From IMG/VR virus record IMGVR_UViG_3300031760_000013, positions 2,458 to 66,457 of that record: a stretch of 64,000 bases of DNA; one strand, written 5' to 3'. Made by a program: the position numbers and the translations under genes. The notes under the pieces are model-generated. The model was not told where the DNA came from and searched no databases. It worked only from the letters and a program-made list of their open reading frames with translations. This document shows positions 29,483 through 38,308 of the stretch, in pieces; the first letter of the stretch is position 1, and every line of letters starts with the position of its first letter. The stretch comes from a virus (Duplodnaviria > Heunggongvirae > Uroviricota > Caudoviricetes).

Positions 29483-30355
29483 TTAAAACAGCAAGCTTGC
29501 GGTGCTATCCCATTTCGTGTAGAGGTGGCAATTCGGTCTGAGAATTAAATATTTCAGGTCAGATTTCGGTACCGTCGACATACAGTCGTCGTCAAGCACT
29601 GTGGAAATCCCGTCCACATCATATCTCGTCTGCCCGAATTCCAGGACTTCAAGGGCTCGCCCATTATTTTTGATGTATTCTCTTATCGAATCAATCAAAT
29701 TGTCCGCCGCTGTATGGTTTGCTATCCACTTTGCTTGTTCACTCTCGCCACTAGCATACAGAATTCTAAACGTAATCGCATCGGCCTTCATCATCTTTGC
29801 GTAGATGAAAAATTCCTGCGGTGTATCGATCATGTAATCCCACGCATCCGTTAGATTTACAGAAAGCCGAAGATTCATACCGACATTCTTAATTGTGTGG
29901 CACAGTTCCATGATGTTTATCGGCGCACCCTTATGGCCTGTATATACTGCGTTCGTCTCGTCATCTGGAGCACTTATCGATAAGCTTACTGACGTTACTC
30001 CAACCTGATCTCTAAGGAAAACCAAGTAAGCTTCGTCAAGAAAACACCCTGCTGTCTGGATTGAAACCCATCTAAACGGCTGCTCAAGTGAACGGTTCAT
30101 GTCTCCAAACGTAGCAAGGAAGGCCTTGTTCTGTGTCGGCTCGGCGTCGCCAGTCAGCATCACAGTATTGCAGTGGTTGTCTCTCGCAAATGCCATACGT
30201 TTCCGGTACTCTTGGAGTGCGAGAGAATATGCTGGGTTCGAAACGGCAATTTTATTTTTACCGTATTCTTCATGATGCTGTTTGCTTACACAAAAAGCAC
30301 AGTTATTTACACACTTTTCAGTTGGTACAACTATCGAAAGTGATTGAATATTCAC
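29483..30355 (-). CDS. radical SAM domain protein (subfamily unassigned)
   Basis: 290 aa. CVNNCAFC (CxxxCxxC) at residues 15-22 and MLTGDAEP (GGEP-like) further on. Confidence 0.6.
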   Translation of the reverse strand: MNIQSLSIVVPTEKCVNNCAFCVSKQHHEEYGKNKIAVSNPAYSLALQEYRKRMAFARDNHCNTVMLTGDAEPTQNKAFLATFGDMNRSLEQPFRWVSIQTAGCFLDEAYLVFLRDQVGVTSVSLSISAPDDETNAVYTGHKGAPINIMELCHTIKNVGMNLRLSVNLTDAWDYMIDTPQEFFIYAKMMKADAITFRILYASGESEQAKWIANHTAADNLIDSIREYIKNNGRALEVLEFGQTRYDVDGISTVLDDDCMSTVPKSDLKYLILRPNCHLYTKWDSTASLLF

Positions 30356-30368
30356 GCTATCACACTCC

Positions 30369-30689
30369 TTAATTTATCCATGTCGTTGTGTTCTTATGAA
30401 TGAAACCCGAAAAGAATTCTTCGAAACTACCATCGTCTTCTATATCTGCTATATCTGCATCGGTATCACAAGGTATAAGCATTTCGTCATTCCATAGATA
30501 TTCCCCGTTATCTCTATCAATGATGTACTCATGCCCTCCGCCGAGTGTCCTAAACTTTCGGATGATAGTAGCTTCTTCTCCGCGATACGATGACATTATT
30601 GCGTTACAACAAATTACGCCGTATCTTCCGCTCCTTATGTCTGGCCGTATTAAAACCCTTTCGCCAACATCAAACGCGTAATCTGCCAT
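30369..30689 (-). CDS. small protein, GDRV-barrel/WNDEM family with acidic C-terminal tail
   Basis: 106 aa; GERVLIRPDI, LWNDEMLIP and C-terminal EEFFSGF; paralog of 30670..30969 and 39301..39609. Confidence 0.45.
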   Translation of the reverse strand: MADYAFDVGERVLIRPDIRSGRYGVICCNAIMSSYRGEEATIIRKFRTLGGGHEYIIDRDNGEYLWNDEMLIPCDTDADIADIEDDGSFEEFFSGFIHKNTTTWIN

Positions 30690-30969
30690 CTATAAATTCC
30701 TCGTACAATAATTTGAAGTCCTCTTCGTCGTCTACATCTTCATATGGTACCTCGCAGAACATATCATCAGTCCATAACCATCCATTATCCTCAGCTATAT
30801 GATAACAATGTTTATTTTTACCTTTCTGTACACTTGCCAAGATTGTAACTTGTTTCCCGCAGAACTCTAGCATCCCTCTCGTTACGCCAATGTCGTTGTA
30901 GTACTTGCAAATATCAAGGTCATCTCTAACCATCGCGCGATCCCCGGGTCGATAGCACCAACTATCCAT
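30670..30969 (-). CDS. small protein, GDRV-barrel/WTDDM family
   Basis: 99 aa; GDRAMVRDDL, LWTDDMF and acidic C-terminus. Confidence 0.45.
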   Translation of the reverse strand: MDSWCYRPGDRAMVRDDLDICKYYNDIGVTRGMLEFCGKQVTILASVQKGKNKHCYHIAEDNGWLWTDDMFCEVPYEDVDDEEDFKLLYEEFIDGRLRV

Positions 30970-31243
30970 TAACAGCCTCCTTAGAAAATCCAGCTAAAAA
31001 TTCATCAAGATCGTCCGATTTGTCGTACTGGCCAGAATCATCATCGACGAGATAGAAGAAAGATTCTGGGTACCAGATGGTATCTCTATCAATCTTATAT
31101 TGATTCCACTGTTCAAGATCCCAGCTTTCTTGTGCAGCTATGATGGTGACGTCCGTCTCAACCAGATCTTCTCTGCCAAGGCCTTCCATCACATCGTACT
31201 TGCTAGCCTTAATCCTAACTACATCGCCACTGTTAAACTTCAT
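30962..31243 (-). CDS. small protein with C-terminal DDLDEFLAGF motif
   Basis: 93 aa; GDVVRIKASKYD N-terminus; C-terminal family motif. Confidence 0.45.
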   Translation of the reverse strand: MKFNSGDVVRIKASKYDVMEGLGREDLVETDVTIIAAQESWDLEQWNQYKIDRDTIWYPESFFYLVDDDSGQYDKSDDLDEFLAGFSKEAVNG

Positions 31244-31533
31244 CAGTACAGATCCTCCGAGAATAGCTCGTTGCTGTTACGCTGATCTTTTAAGTTCATA
31301 AGCTCAGCCGATATTTGTCCGGAAGAAATGGCGTGAAGATATGCGCATTCACGGTCAAGAAAATCCCCGCGATGAGTTATAAACCCTTGGATAACTTCAG
31401 AGAATTCGTTTGCGTTTACGCCGGTCAGAGCGTGGATTATTTCGAAACCGTTGTGATGTCTGTGACATGGGACGACAAGCTCACCAAATGGCAGACTCCA
31501 ATCTTTAAGCTTGATCGCTGCACATAGGATCAT
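31243..31533 (-). CDS. hypothetical protein
   Basis: 96 aa ORF. Confidence 0.35.
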   Translation of the reverse strand: MILCAAIKLKDWSLPFGELVVPCHRHHNGFEIIHALTGVNANEFSEVIQGFITHRGDFLDRECAYLHAISSGQISAELMNLKDQRNSNELFSEDLY

Positions 31534-32468
31534 TTTTCTAAGCCGCCCAGATCAATCATATAATTCCCGCCATCGCCAAGGACTGTAGTCGGGAGTTTTC
31601 CATCCCACTGTTTGATCCAATAATACCAGATCAAATCATCACTCAGTGCTTCTGAAATTCTCTGGTTCATTTCTGCCTCTCTCTGACCTGCAAACAACGA
31701 AGCCTCTGCCTGGATTTTTACCACTTCAAGATCAGCGTTCGCTGCTATCACAGCTTTGTCAGCCTCGGCGTTTGCAGAAATAACAGCACGTTTAGCAGCT
31801 GCTTCTTCTTCCATTGTTTTCTGTTCCTGCTTCGTCTGTTCTGTAAGCTTTTCCTGCGCAGCTACCTGCTTCGCTTCGACGGCGTTTGTAAATGCATCAG
31901 TGAAATCAATGTCTTCAATTGAGATCGAAACTATTGTGATTCCGTATCGCTTCATGTCGTTCGCTGTGCTTTCCTGCACCTGGTCAGATAACATGTCACG
32001 CTTAGCTATAAGATTTTCTGCCGTGTACTGCGAGAAAACCGCCTTTGTATTCTCCTGAATTCTTGGGAACATAATGTTTTCATAGTAGTTTGTCCCAACT
32101 GTTTTATACAATTCCTGGGCGGTACTCTGATCTATACAATAGTTAACAGCAAGAAGAAGATCTACCTGTTGGATATCGCTTGAGAATGCAGAAGTCTGGA
32201 TCTGTACTTTCTGGGTACGGTTATCCATCTTCACAATGCTTTGCCACGGTGCGATAAAGTTGATTCCTGCACCAATTGTTCTATTTTCAACACGTCCGAA
32301 CGTCGTGAGAATTCCTGTATACCCTGTAGGCACGATTGCGATACAGCTTAAGACAAGGATCACAAGCGCCAACATAACTCCGACGAACGAAATCCATGAT
32401 TTTTTCAGCAGAAATGAGAAAATAATCCCAACAATAATCAACAAAATACCAAGTACAATAGCAAACAT
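31530..32468 (-). CDS. SPFH/band-7 (prohibitin/HflK-like) membrane protein
   Basis: 312 aa. One or two N-terminal TM helices, then ILTTFGRVENRTIGAGINFIAPWQSIVKMDNRTQ and a long coiled-coil/Ala-Glu-rich C-terminal region typical of SPFH proteins. Confidence 0.65.
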   Translation of the reverse strand: MFAIVLGILLIIVGIIFSFLLKKSWISFVGVMLALVILVLSCIAIVPTGYTGILTTFGRVENRTIGAGINFIAPWQSIVKMDNRTQKVQIQTSAFSSDIQQVDLLLAVNYCIDQSTAQELYKTVGTNYYENIMFPRIQENTKAVFSQYTAENLIAKRDMLSDQVQESTANDMKRYGITIVSISIEDIDFTDAFTNAVEAKQVAAQEKLTEQTKQEQKTMEEEAAAKRAVISANAEADKAVIAANADLEVVKIQAEASLFAGQREAEMNQRISEALSDDLIWYYWIKQWDGKLPTTVLGDGGNYMIDLGGLEK

Positions 32469-32472
32469 TTAA

Positions 32473-32661
32473 TCAGTTTATCTCCTTAATTCCATTTATA
32501 TAATAGTCATCGCGGGCTTCCTGTTTTAACCTAAGTCTTTCTGACGATGTGAAGAATGACATCCCCTTAATACCAACGAGCTTATCTTTGAGCGCCGTCT
32601 TATACTGGTAAGAGTTCTTCAGTTTATTCTTTTTCTTTTCGCTTGCCATAAACAACACCAA
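32473..32661 (-). CDS. hypothetical basic protein
   Basis: 62 aa ORF. Confidence 0.3.
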   Translation of the reverse strand: MVLFMASEKKKNKLKNSYQYKTALKDKLVGIKGMSFFTSSERLRLKQEARDDYYINGIKEIN

Positions 32662-32663
32662 CC

Positions 32664-33002
32664 TTAATCAAAATCATGGTCAGGTTCAAAATCCCAGTCT
32701 GGATGTTTTGCAACCCATTGCGGGTATGTATCATTCTCGATCTCGTAGTCAACCGCTTCGGCAAATTCCTCTTCCGTTTTGCCGAGACGCTTGCACGTAG
32801 ATTTGACTACCTCTTGATACGCCAGACTAATATCTTTTGGGTAATGTCCTGCGCAACTTATGTAATCAACCAGCAAATCCCACGGTTCAGCTTTTGCTTT
32901 CAGACAATCTGCGCAGTATGAAACACAGATTGAACCACAAGTCGAACAACAAACCCAAACCTCACCAACGTTTCCGCATACTTCGCACCTACCTATTCTC
33001 AT
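32664..33002 (-). CDS. zinc-ribbon protein
   Basis: 112 aa; CEVCGNVGEVWVCCSTCGSICVSYCADC. Confidence 0.4.
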   Translation of the reverse strand: MRIGRCEVCGNVGEVWVCCSTCGSICVSYCADCLKAKAEPWDLLVDYISCAGHYPKDISLAYQEVVKSTCKRLGKTEEEFAEAVDYEIENDTYPQWVAKHPDWDFEPDHDFD

Positions 33003-33403
33003 TTATTCTCCTCGATCTCTTTAATCGCCTTATCGACATCTTCTTGCCAACACTTTATTAACTGTCTCATACTTTCTGCGGAAGCCTTCTTTATTCGGTT
33101 ACGCTCTTCAGCTTTTGCGAAGAGGGCAAGCCACAAACAATCAATATATGAATTCATATATATTTCTTTCCATTGAGAATATCTCCATCTGTCATTCCAT
33201 ACACAATACTTTGCATGACTAAATGAAAAAATGTAGCGTGAAATCGTCCACAAATGTGGGTTCGCCGAATAGAGCACTTTAAAATCACCAAAACTAATTT
33301 TGCATTTGTTTTTTGTGCGGACTTGGTAAACAATATTTACGAGAGCAAAAGAAGCAAGCAATATAAAAACTACTAAAATAACCGGTGAAAATACTTGGAT
33401 CAT
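32999..33403 (-). CDS. membrane protein
   Basis: 134 aa with an N-terminal TM helix. Confidence 0.4.
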   Translation of the reverse strand: MIQVFSPVILVVFILLASFALVNIVYQVRTKNKCKISFGDFKVLYSANPHLWTISRYIFSFSHAKYCVWNDRWRYSQWKEIYMNSYIDCLWLALFAKAEERNRIKKASAESMRQLIKCWQEDVDKAIKEIEENK

Positions 33404-33645
33404 TTCACGACACCGCTTCCCGTTGTTTCTTCAAGCCAATATTGATCATAAACCCACAATCCATTCCTATCTTCATGCCCAACAGCAACAGCTTCGGCAT
33501 GAGAACCGACAACATCTAAATCGAGCGTATCTATTTGCCCAGCACTTAGCATGCCCTCGAATTTACTGATTGCCTCCTCTTCAGAATCCGCATCTAATAT
33601 ATAGCTACCACATAGTTTCTCTGTGTAGTTTACTTGAAATACCAT
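33400..33645 (-). CDS. hypothetical protein
   Basis: 81 aa ORF. Confidence 0.35.
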   Translation of the reverse strand: MVFQVNYTEKLCGSYILDADSEEEAISKFEGMLSAGQIDTLDLDVVGSHAEAVAVGHEDRNGLWVYDQYWLEETTGSGVVK

Positions 33646-33648
33646 CTG

Positions 33649-34047
33649 TCACCACCACATATACGGGCAAGCTACCGCCCACATTTTTTCTGCTTCACAT
33701 ATGTACTTCACACTTTCATCATCGAGACAACTATCATATCCGTGTTTGAAACAGAATTCCAAACGGTCGAGCATCATATCAATCATCTCAAGCTGGCTGT
33801 ATTTCTGTCCCTCATACTCAATTCTTGGGTATGTCATATCGATGACCTCGATTGCCTGTTCTCTGAACATTTTGAGGTGTTCGTACATCCACATGCGCCA
33901 GGTTGTATCAAGATCATACGTTTCCCGTGGATCTACGTTGTAGAGAAGCTTCTTAAACCAACATTTTATTGTCCTTCTTAACGGTTTGAGCCACCATTCA
34001 GGGCGTTCTCTGCGTTTTATACCAATTCTGTCAAGGTAAAGTCTCAA
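33649..34047 (-). CDS. hypothetical protein
   Basis: 132 aa ORF. Confidence 0.4.
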   Translation of the reverse strand: MRLYLDRIGIKRRERPEWWLKPLRRTIKCWFKKLLYNVDPRETYDLDTTWRMWMYEHLKMFREQAIEVIDMTYPRIEYEGQKYSQLEMIDMMLDRLEFCFKHGYDSCLDDESVKYICEAEKMWAVACPYMWW

Positions 34048-34334
34048 TCATACATCACCGCCATCCCGATCACAAAAGCCTCGAGCATGAGTACAAGTAA
34101 CATGAATGCTCTCAAAAGCCATATTGTAGATCCTGTAATTAAAACCCACACACATAGCGTGGTTGCCAATAAGATAAAAGCTACGTACAGAACAAGGAAA
34201 ATTTTTTCATGCAGTTTGCACTCTTTAAAGAATCCAATAAAATCACTCATCAAAAACCTCTTCAATGTACTCAATTTTTGCATTTTCATATCCGCTTTCA
34301 GCACAAAACGCATTGAAAAGTGACAACATATCAT
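34044..34334 (-). CDS. membrane protein (start probably at an internal Met near 34250)
   Basis: Hydrophobic ORF; overlaps 34243..34458 as drawn. Confidence 0.35.
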   Translation of the reverse strand: MICCHFSMRFVLKADMKMQKLSTLKRFLMSDFIGFFKECKLHEKIFLVLYVAFILLATTLCVWVLITGSTIWLLRAFMLLVLMLEAFVIGMAVMYD

Positions 34335-34458
34335 TTACCATTTCAGTAAACGAAGTCTCTTCAATGTCAAATTGCACATCATCCCAGACAAAATCCTCGG
34401 CTCCACGGCCATCACAGCGGCGAAATTCAATGTTAAATGTGCGTGTTTTTACCATCAT
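34243..34458 (-). CDS. hypothetical protein
   Basis: 71 aa; GGGAGG RBS and ATGATG start; about 190 nt of structured leader upstream. Confidence 0.4.
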   Translation of the reverse strand: MMVKTRTFNIEFRRCDGRGAEDFVWDDVQFDIEETSFTEMVNDMLSLFNAFCAESGYENAKIEYIEEVFDE

Positions 34459-34573
34459 ATACCTCCCTTCTAAGCCTACATCCCAGCGTTTTAATTCTAA
34501 ATGATACCTGCCTTAGATCTGTTCATAATCTCCATCGTCGATGGAGACTTATGAATGCGCGAGAACCCCCGTC

Positions 34574-34599
34574 TTAAATTTCCCGTAAGGGAAATTTAA
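34574..34599. other. perfect 11-bp-stem hairpin ttaaatttccc-gtaa-gggaaatttaa inside the structured leader of 34243..34458
   Basis: Exact inverted repeat read directly; enclosed by a further gagaac/gttctc stem. Confidence 0.5.
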
Positions 34600-34710
34600 A
34601 TTGTTCTCCCTTTTTATCAAACCGTTACTTCCACTTACAGCAAGAAGCAGTTGAATTTATGTAAACCATTTCAACTAATCTACATCATAAGGCAGTGCAA
34701 AAATATTCAT

Positions 34711-34962
34711 TTATTGCATATTTATGAATTTTTTATACTGTTTTTTCGCCTGCTCTTTGTAAAATTCTTCTGCTTTTGCGTTGTCAATTGCAGTTAAAAC
34801 ACCCGCAGCGACCCAAGAAACCACCAGCCACACAATTACGAACTCATAAATTGAAGTCCAACCACTTGCGATTGACTGGAACATGATCGAAAGTGGCAAG
34901 GCTTTGATGAAGATACAGGCATTTTTGTACTTTGGCTTGTATACTTCATCGTTAATGTTCAT
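34711..34962 (-). CDS. small membrane protein (holin-like size and topology)
   Basis: 83 aa with two TM helices and a charged C-terminus. Confidence 0.35.
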   Translation of the reverse strand: MNINDEVYKPKYKNACIFIKALPLSIMFQSIASGWTSIYEFVIVWLVVSWVAAGVLTAIDNAKAEEFYKEQAKKQYKKFINMQ

Positions 34963-35551
34963 TAAACACGACCTGTTCCCCCTTCTTTAAAACCCAGCAA
35001 CCGCTGTCCGTGACTCCACATTCTGTACAATTACCTCCACAAGCATGTGCATCTGCTGATGCTGTTGTAAATCCGTCTTTATATTTCACGTGCGCCTCTG
35101 GAAGGTTATGTGGATTTTGCATAGTAAGTCCTCGCCAAGCGCTAAAGATTATGTGCAAATTGCCAGGGATTTCTACACCAGATTCAATAACCTCATTCAC
35201 ATAGTCGTATCTTTTTGTGAAGCAAAGCATCTCGCAGTGCTTATTCCTCCGCGCAATTTCTATCATCTTGCGGAGGTAATCTTTGCTCGGGATATCGCCC
35301 GAAACATGCCAACGAAAAAATCGAGACACCATAATGGCAGCCTCGACTTCTCTGAAATATGTCTCTGGATCTTTCGTCAGAATCTCCAGATTGTTTTTAT
35401 ATGCATTCCGTACATTCGGTCGCAATCGCTCGATCTTTTTCCCGTAACATTCTTTAGCGCAAGGCACTTTCCCGCATGTCGTTACCGCTGGAAGTGAAAC
35501 GCTTGAGATATTCCCCATCTTAATGTTGCCGCGAGAAATTGATACACTCAT
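34952..35551 (-). CDS. cysteine-cluster protein, function unknown
   Basis: 199 aa; TTCGKVPCAKECYG near the N-terminus and HACGGNCTECGVTDSGC near the C-terminus. Confidence 0.4.
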   Translation of the reverse strand: MSVSISRGNIKMGNISSVSLPAVTTCGKVPCAKECYGKKIERLRPNVRNAYKNNLEILTKDPETYFREVEAAIMVSRFFRWHVSGDIPSKDYLRKMIEIARRNKHCEMLCFTKRYDYVNEVIESGVEIPGNLHIIFSAWRGLTMQNPHNLPEAHVKYKDGFTTASADAHACGGNCTECGVTDSGCWVLKKGEQVVFNEH

Positions 35552-36300
35552 ATAAGCCGCTCAATCCTTTCATAAATGCATTGAAATTGATTAGAACCAT
35601 ACCAATCCCTATGTAAATGGCCATAAACCCATTTTTTAAACTCGGTTTTTGTGGCAATCTCATTGAAGTACAGCGTTTCTATGTCTGGCTCTCTGAAACC
35701 CATACACGAAGCCACTACTTGTGGTGGGCAATGAGTTATAATATAATCTACCTTATTCCCGCATTCGCTAAGTGTTTCCCGCCCACGTTGCATTTCTTCT
35801 TCCGACGGGAGTTCTTCTTTCCACCATGAAACGTGGTTGATACGAAACATTTTCCCTGCGAGAGACCACTGTTTGATAGCGTCATAGAATTCCTTCGCGC
35901 TCCCGAAATCATAGAGGTCAAGAATACCGTCACGAATGTCATGACTCTGTGCCCCTCCGAAACACCAGAATTTCTTTCCGTCAAAATCAAACACATACCC
36001 CCGCATCAAATGAAATACATTAGCTTTAATCTTATGAGCTTTTCCTCCGTGATAATCCACTATAGGAAATTCAGCCAATCTGTCCATATTTTCATGATTA
36101 CCATCAACAAAACAGATTGTGAACTTTTTTCTCGATAACCATTTCAGCCACCATTCTTCTTCGCTACCACCATTCCAAATGCAGCCAAAATCCCCACAAA
36201 CAATTACTGTGTCGTCACGGGTCATCTCTTTTTGCTCTGGAAAATTCTTTGTTGAGAACCGCCTAAAGTCACCATGACAATCGCCAGTTACGTAAACCAA
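35548..36300 (-). CDS. PPP-family Ser/Thr phosphoprotein phosphatase (lambda-phosphatase-like metallophosphoesterase)
   Basis: 250 aa; GDCHGD, GDFG and GNHE motifs in the canonical order. Confidence 0.6.
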   Translation of the reverse strand: MVYVTGDCHGDFRRFSTKNFPEQKEMTRDDTVIVCGDFGCIWNGGSEEEWWLKWLSRKKFTICFVDGNHENMDRLAEFPIVDYHGGKAHKIKANVFHLMRGYVFDFDGKKFWCFGGAQSHDIRDGILDLYDFGSAKEFYDAIKQWSLAGKMFRINHVSWWKEELPSEEEMQRGRETLSECGNKVDYIITHCPPQVVASCMGFREPDIETLYFNEIATKTEFKKWVYGHLHRDWYGSNQFQCIYERIERLI

Positions 36301-36810
36301 TTTGCATCACTCCCTAATTAAAAATCGAAAGCCTTCTGTACAGAGTAGAAGCTAATTTGAAGTTCATTGTTTAAATATAATAGACGGTCAAAAGACCTTA
36401 TGAGTTTAATAATATCAATAAAGAATCACTTTATTTTAGGCTAGCAAGCCGCAGAAATTATTCATTTATTGCCTGTTGTTGACGATTGATGCCTAATGAA
36501 TATTGAATACTGAATATCGTATGACGAATTATGTGTCGTGGCTGTCGAAATGCGTGACGCATCTTCTAGGGTGGAATTTTCAAAATCCCAGAATTTTCAT
36601 TATGTATTCAATGTCAACTTTTGCTATATATCATGGCAAAAAGTAAGCAAATAATTAAGTTTTTGCAATAAATTGCAAACTGATAGTTGACGTACTACCA
36701 AACGTAAACAATAAACAATCTCCTTAATTTCTACTCTGTACAGAGGGCTTTCGCCCTCCGTGTCTGAACAACAACAATGCCTTTATGTAATAGGGTCGTG
36801 TGATACCCTG

Positions 36811-37431
36811 TTACACCTTATTTGCGAATTCCTCGATTACATCTTCGAAGGATTCGTTCACTTCATACGGAGGCGTATAAAAGACCTCCGTGTTTACCAT
36901 AAGCTTGTCAATAGTTTCTGACATCTTATCGGAATCCGCCCTGAGTCTTCTCATTACTGTCTTGTCTGCCTTCCTATCGAACAATTCCTCTTCCGTAATT
37001 TCGATAGTGTAGGTATATCCGGCCTGATTTCCCTCGACATTAAATCTATATCCTGTACCGTATTCATTACGCTTCTTGGGCTTGTTTGTGAGCATATATG
37101 AAATTGCATTACGTGCCCTCTGCCGGAATTTGTTAGCCTCAATTTCTGCGTCTATATCCATGTCAAGAGACTTCTTCGCTTTCCCAATCGCAATGCCCAA
37201 CATCTCTTTCTGATCGATAAGAAACTGGAGAAACTGGATTACCGTATCATTCGGGATGAATTCGTCTACTTCGACTGTTTCTATCATGTCCTCATCGGTC
37301 GAATTTACGACAGACTTTCGATGGTTTTTGATGGTTTTAATTCCATGCTCACGCCTTCCAATGCTCGAGCACGCAGCAGTCATCAAATTGTCGAGATAAT
37401 TCTGGTAACGAAATGACTCTTTCAAATTCAT
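36811..37431 (-). CDS. hypothetical protein
   Basis: 206 aa ORF. Confidence 0.4.
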   Translation of the reverse strand: MNLKESFRYQNYLDNLMTAACSSIGRREHGIKTIKNHRKSVVNSTDEDMIETVEVDEFIPNDTVIQFLQFLIDQKEMLGIAIGKAKKSLDMDIDAEIEANKFRQRARNAISYMLTNKPKKRNEYGTGYRFNVEGNQAGYTYTIEITEEELFDRKADKTVMRRLRADSDKMSETIDKLMVNTEVFYTPPYEVNESFEDVIEEFANKV

Positions 37432-37542
37432 AGGAAATCCTCCAATATAATAATTGTATATATTATCTTATAAGGGGGACACCCCAAGAAGCCCCTTATT
37501 TAGGGCACTCTTGAGACATTTCTGTGCACCCCCCTGCACAAA

Positions 37543-37947
37543 TTAGGCGTGCGATTCGTCTTCGACGATTTCCGTACCACCACACACCCACGAATATGAT
37601 GTATCACCGTCAAGATAAACCGTGATAGAAGCCTGCCTGATCATCAGATTTTCGATTTTGTTCTTAAACCAATTAATGATGCTTTTGTAATCATAGTAAT
37701 CGCGCAGGTCTCCAAAGATAGAAACGGTGTATCTTGCTAGACTATTTTCCTCTGTGGTTTCCCAGACGGACATATTTAGAGAGCCCTCTGTCCCTAATGG
37801 CAGATATTTTTCGGGACATTTTTCCGCGTCTTTCCATGTTTCGATATCCGAGTCAAAGAAAACCTCTTTGCCGAATTCTTTTTCGAAATCCATTTTCCCG
37901 AAGCTATCTACTCTCGCTATTGCAGCAACATGAGTCCAAAAAGACAT
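37543..37947 (-). CDS. hypothetical protein
   Basis: 134 aa ORF. Confidence 0.4.
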   Translation of the reverse strand: MSFWTHVAAIARVDSFGKMDFEKEFGKEVFFDSDIETWKDAEKCPEKYLPLGTEGSLNMSVWETTEENSLARYTVSIFGDLRDYYDYKSIINWFKNKIENLMIRQASITVYLDGDTSYSWVCGGTEIVEDESHA

Positions 37948-37966
37948 GCGTTCTATCTCCTATTTA

Positions 37967-38308
37967 TTATGTAAATTCCTCATCATCTTCAGCTTCTCTA
38001 CTTGGTATGTCCTGGTCACACTCAAAACATGTGAGCTGAATATCACTCAATTTATGGTATTCAATTTCCCCAAATGGTTCGCCCGTGCACTCATCAATCA
38101 GATCAAAACCAAGTAACCATTCTCCATAGCCAAGGTCGATCGCCTCTCTCAGGTATGCGAAGCTGTAATAACTATCCTCAAAAACCGATTCATCAATAGC
38201 TTTAAGCTCCATTTCGTATGGTGTGTATAATTTTCGATACACAAGAAACCGAAAAATTCTGTCGTCCGATTCATCCAGCATAAAAGTTTCCAGATCAGTT
38301 ACTATCAT
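37967..38308 (-). CDS. hypothetical acidic protein
   Basis: 113 aa; preceded by about 300 nt of structured leader carrying the conserved hairpin motif. Confidence 0.4.
   Translation of the reverse strand: MIVTDLETFMLDESDDRIFRFLVYRKLYTPYEMELKAIDESVFEDSYYSFAYLREAIDLGYGEWLLGFDLIDECTGEPFGEIEYHKLSDIQLTCFECDQDIPSREAEDDEEFT

Noticed and set aside
34648-34710. Assigning canonical sigma-70 -35/-10 promoters upstream of the conserved hairpin copies
   Set aside because: AT-rich -10-like boxes are present, but I could not find consistently spaced -35 elements. Promoter calls would be guesses without transcription-start data.
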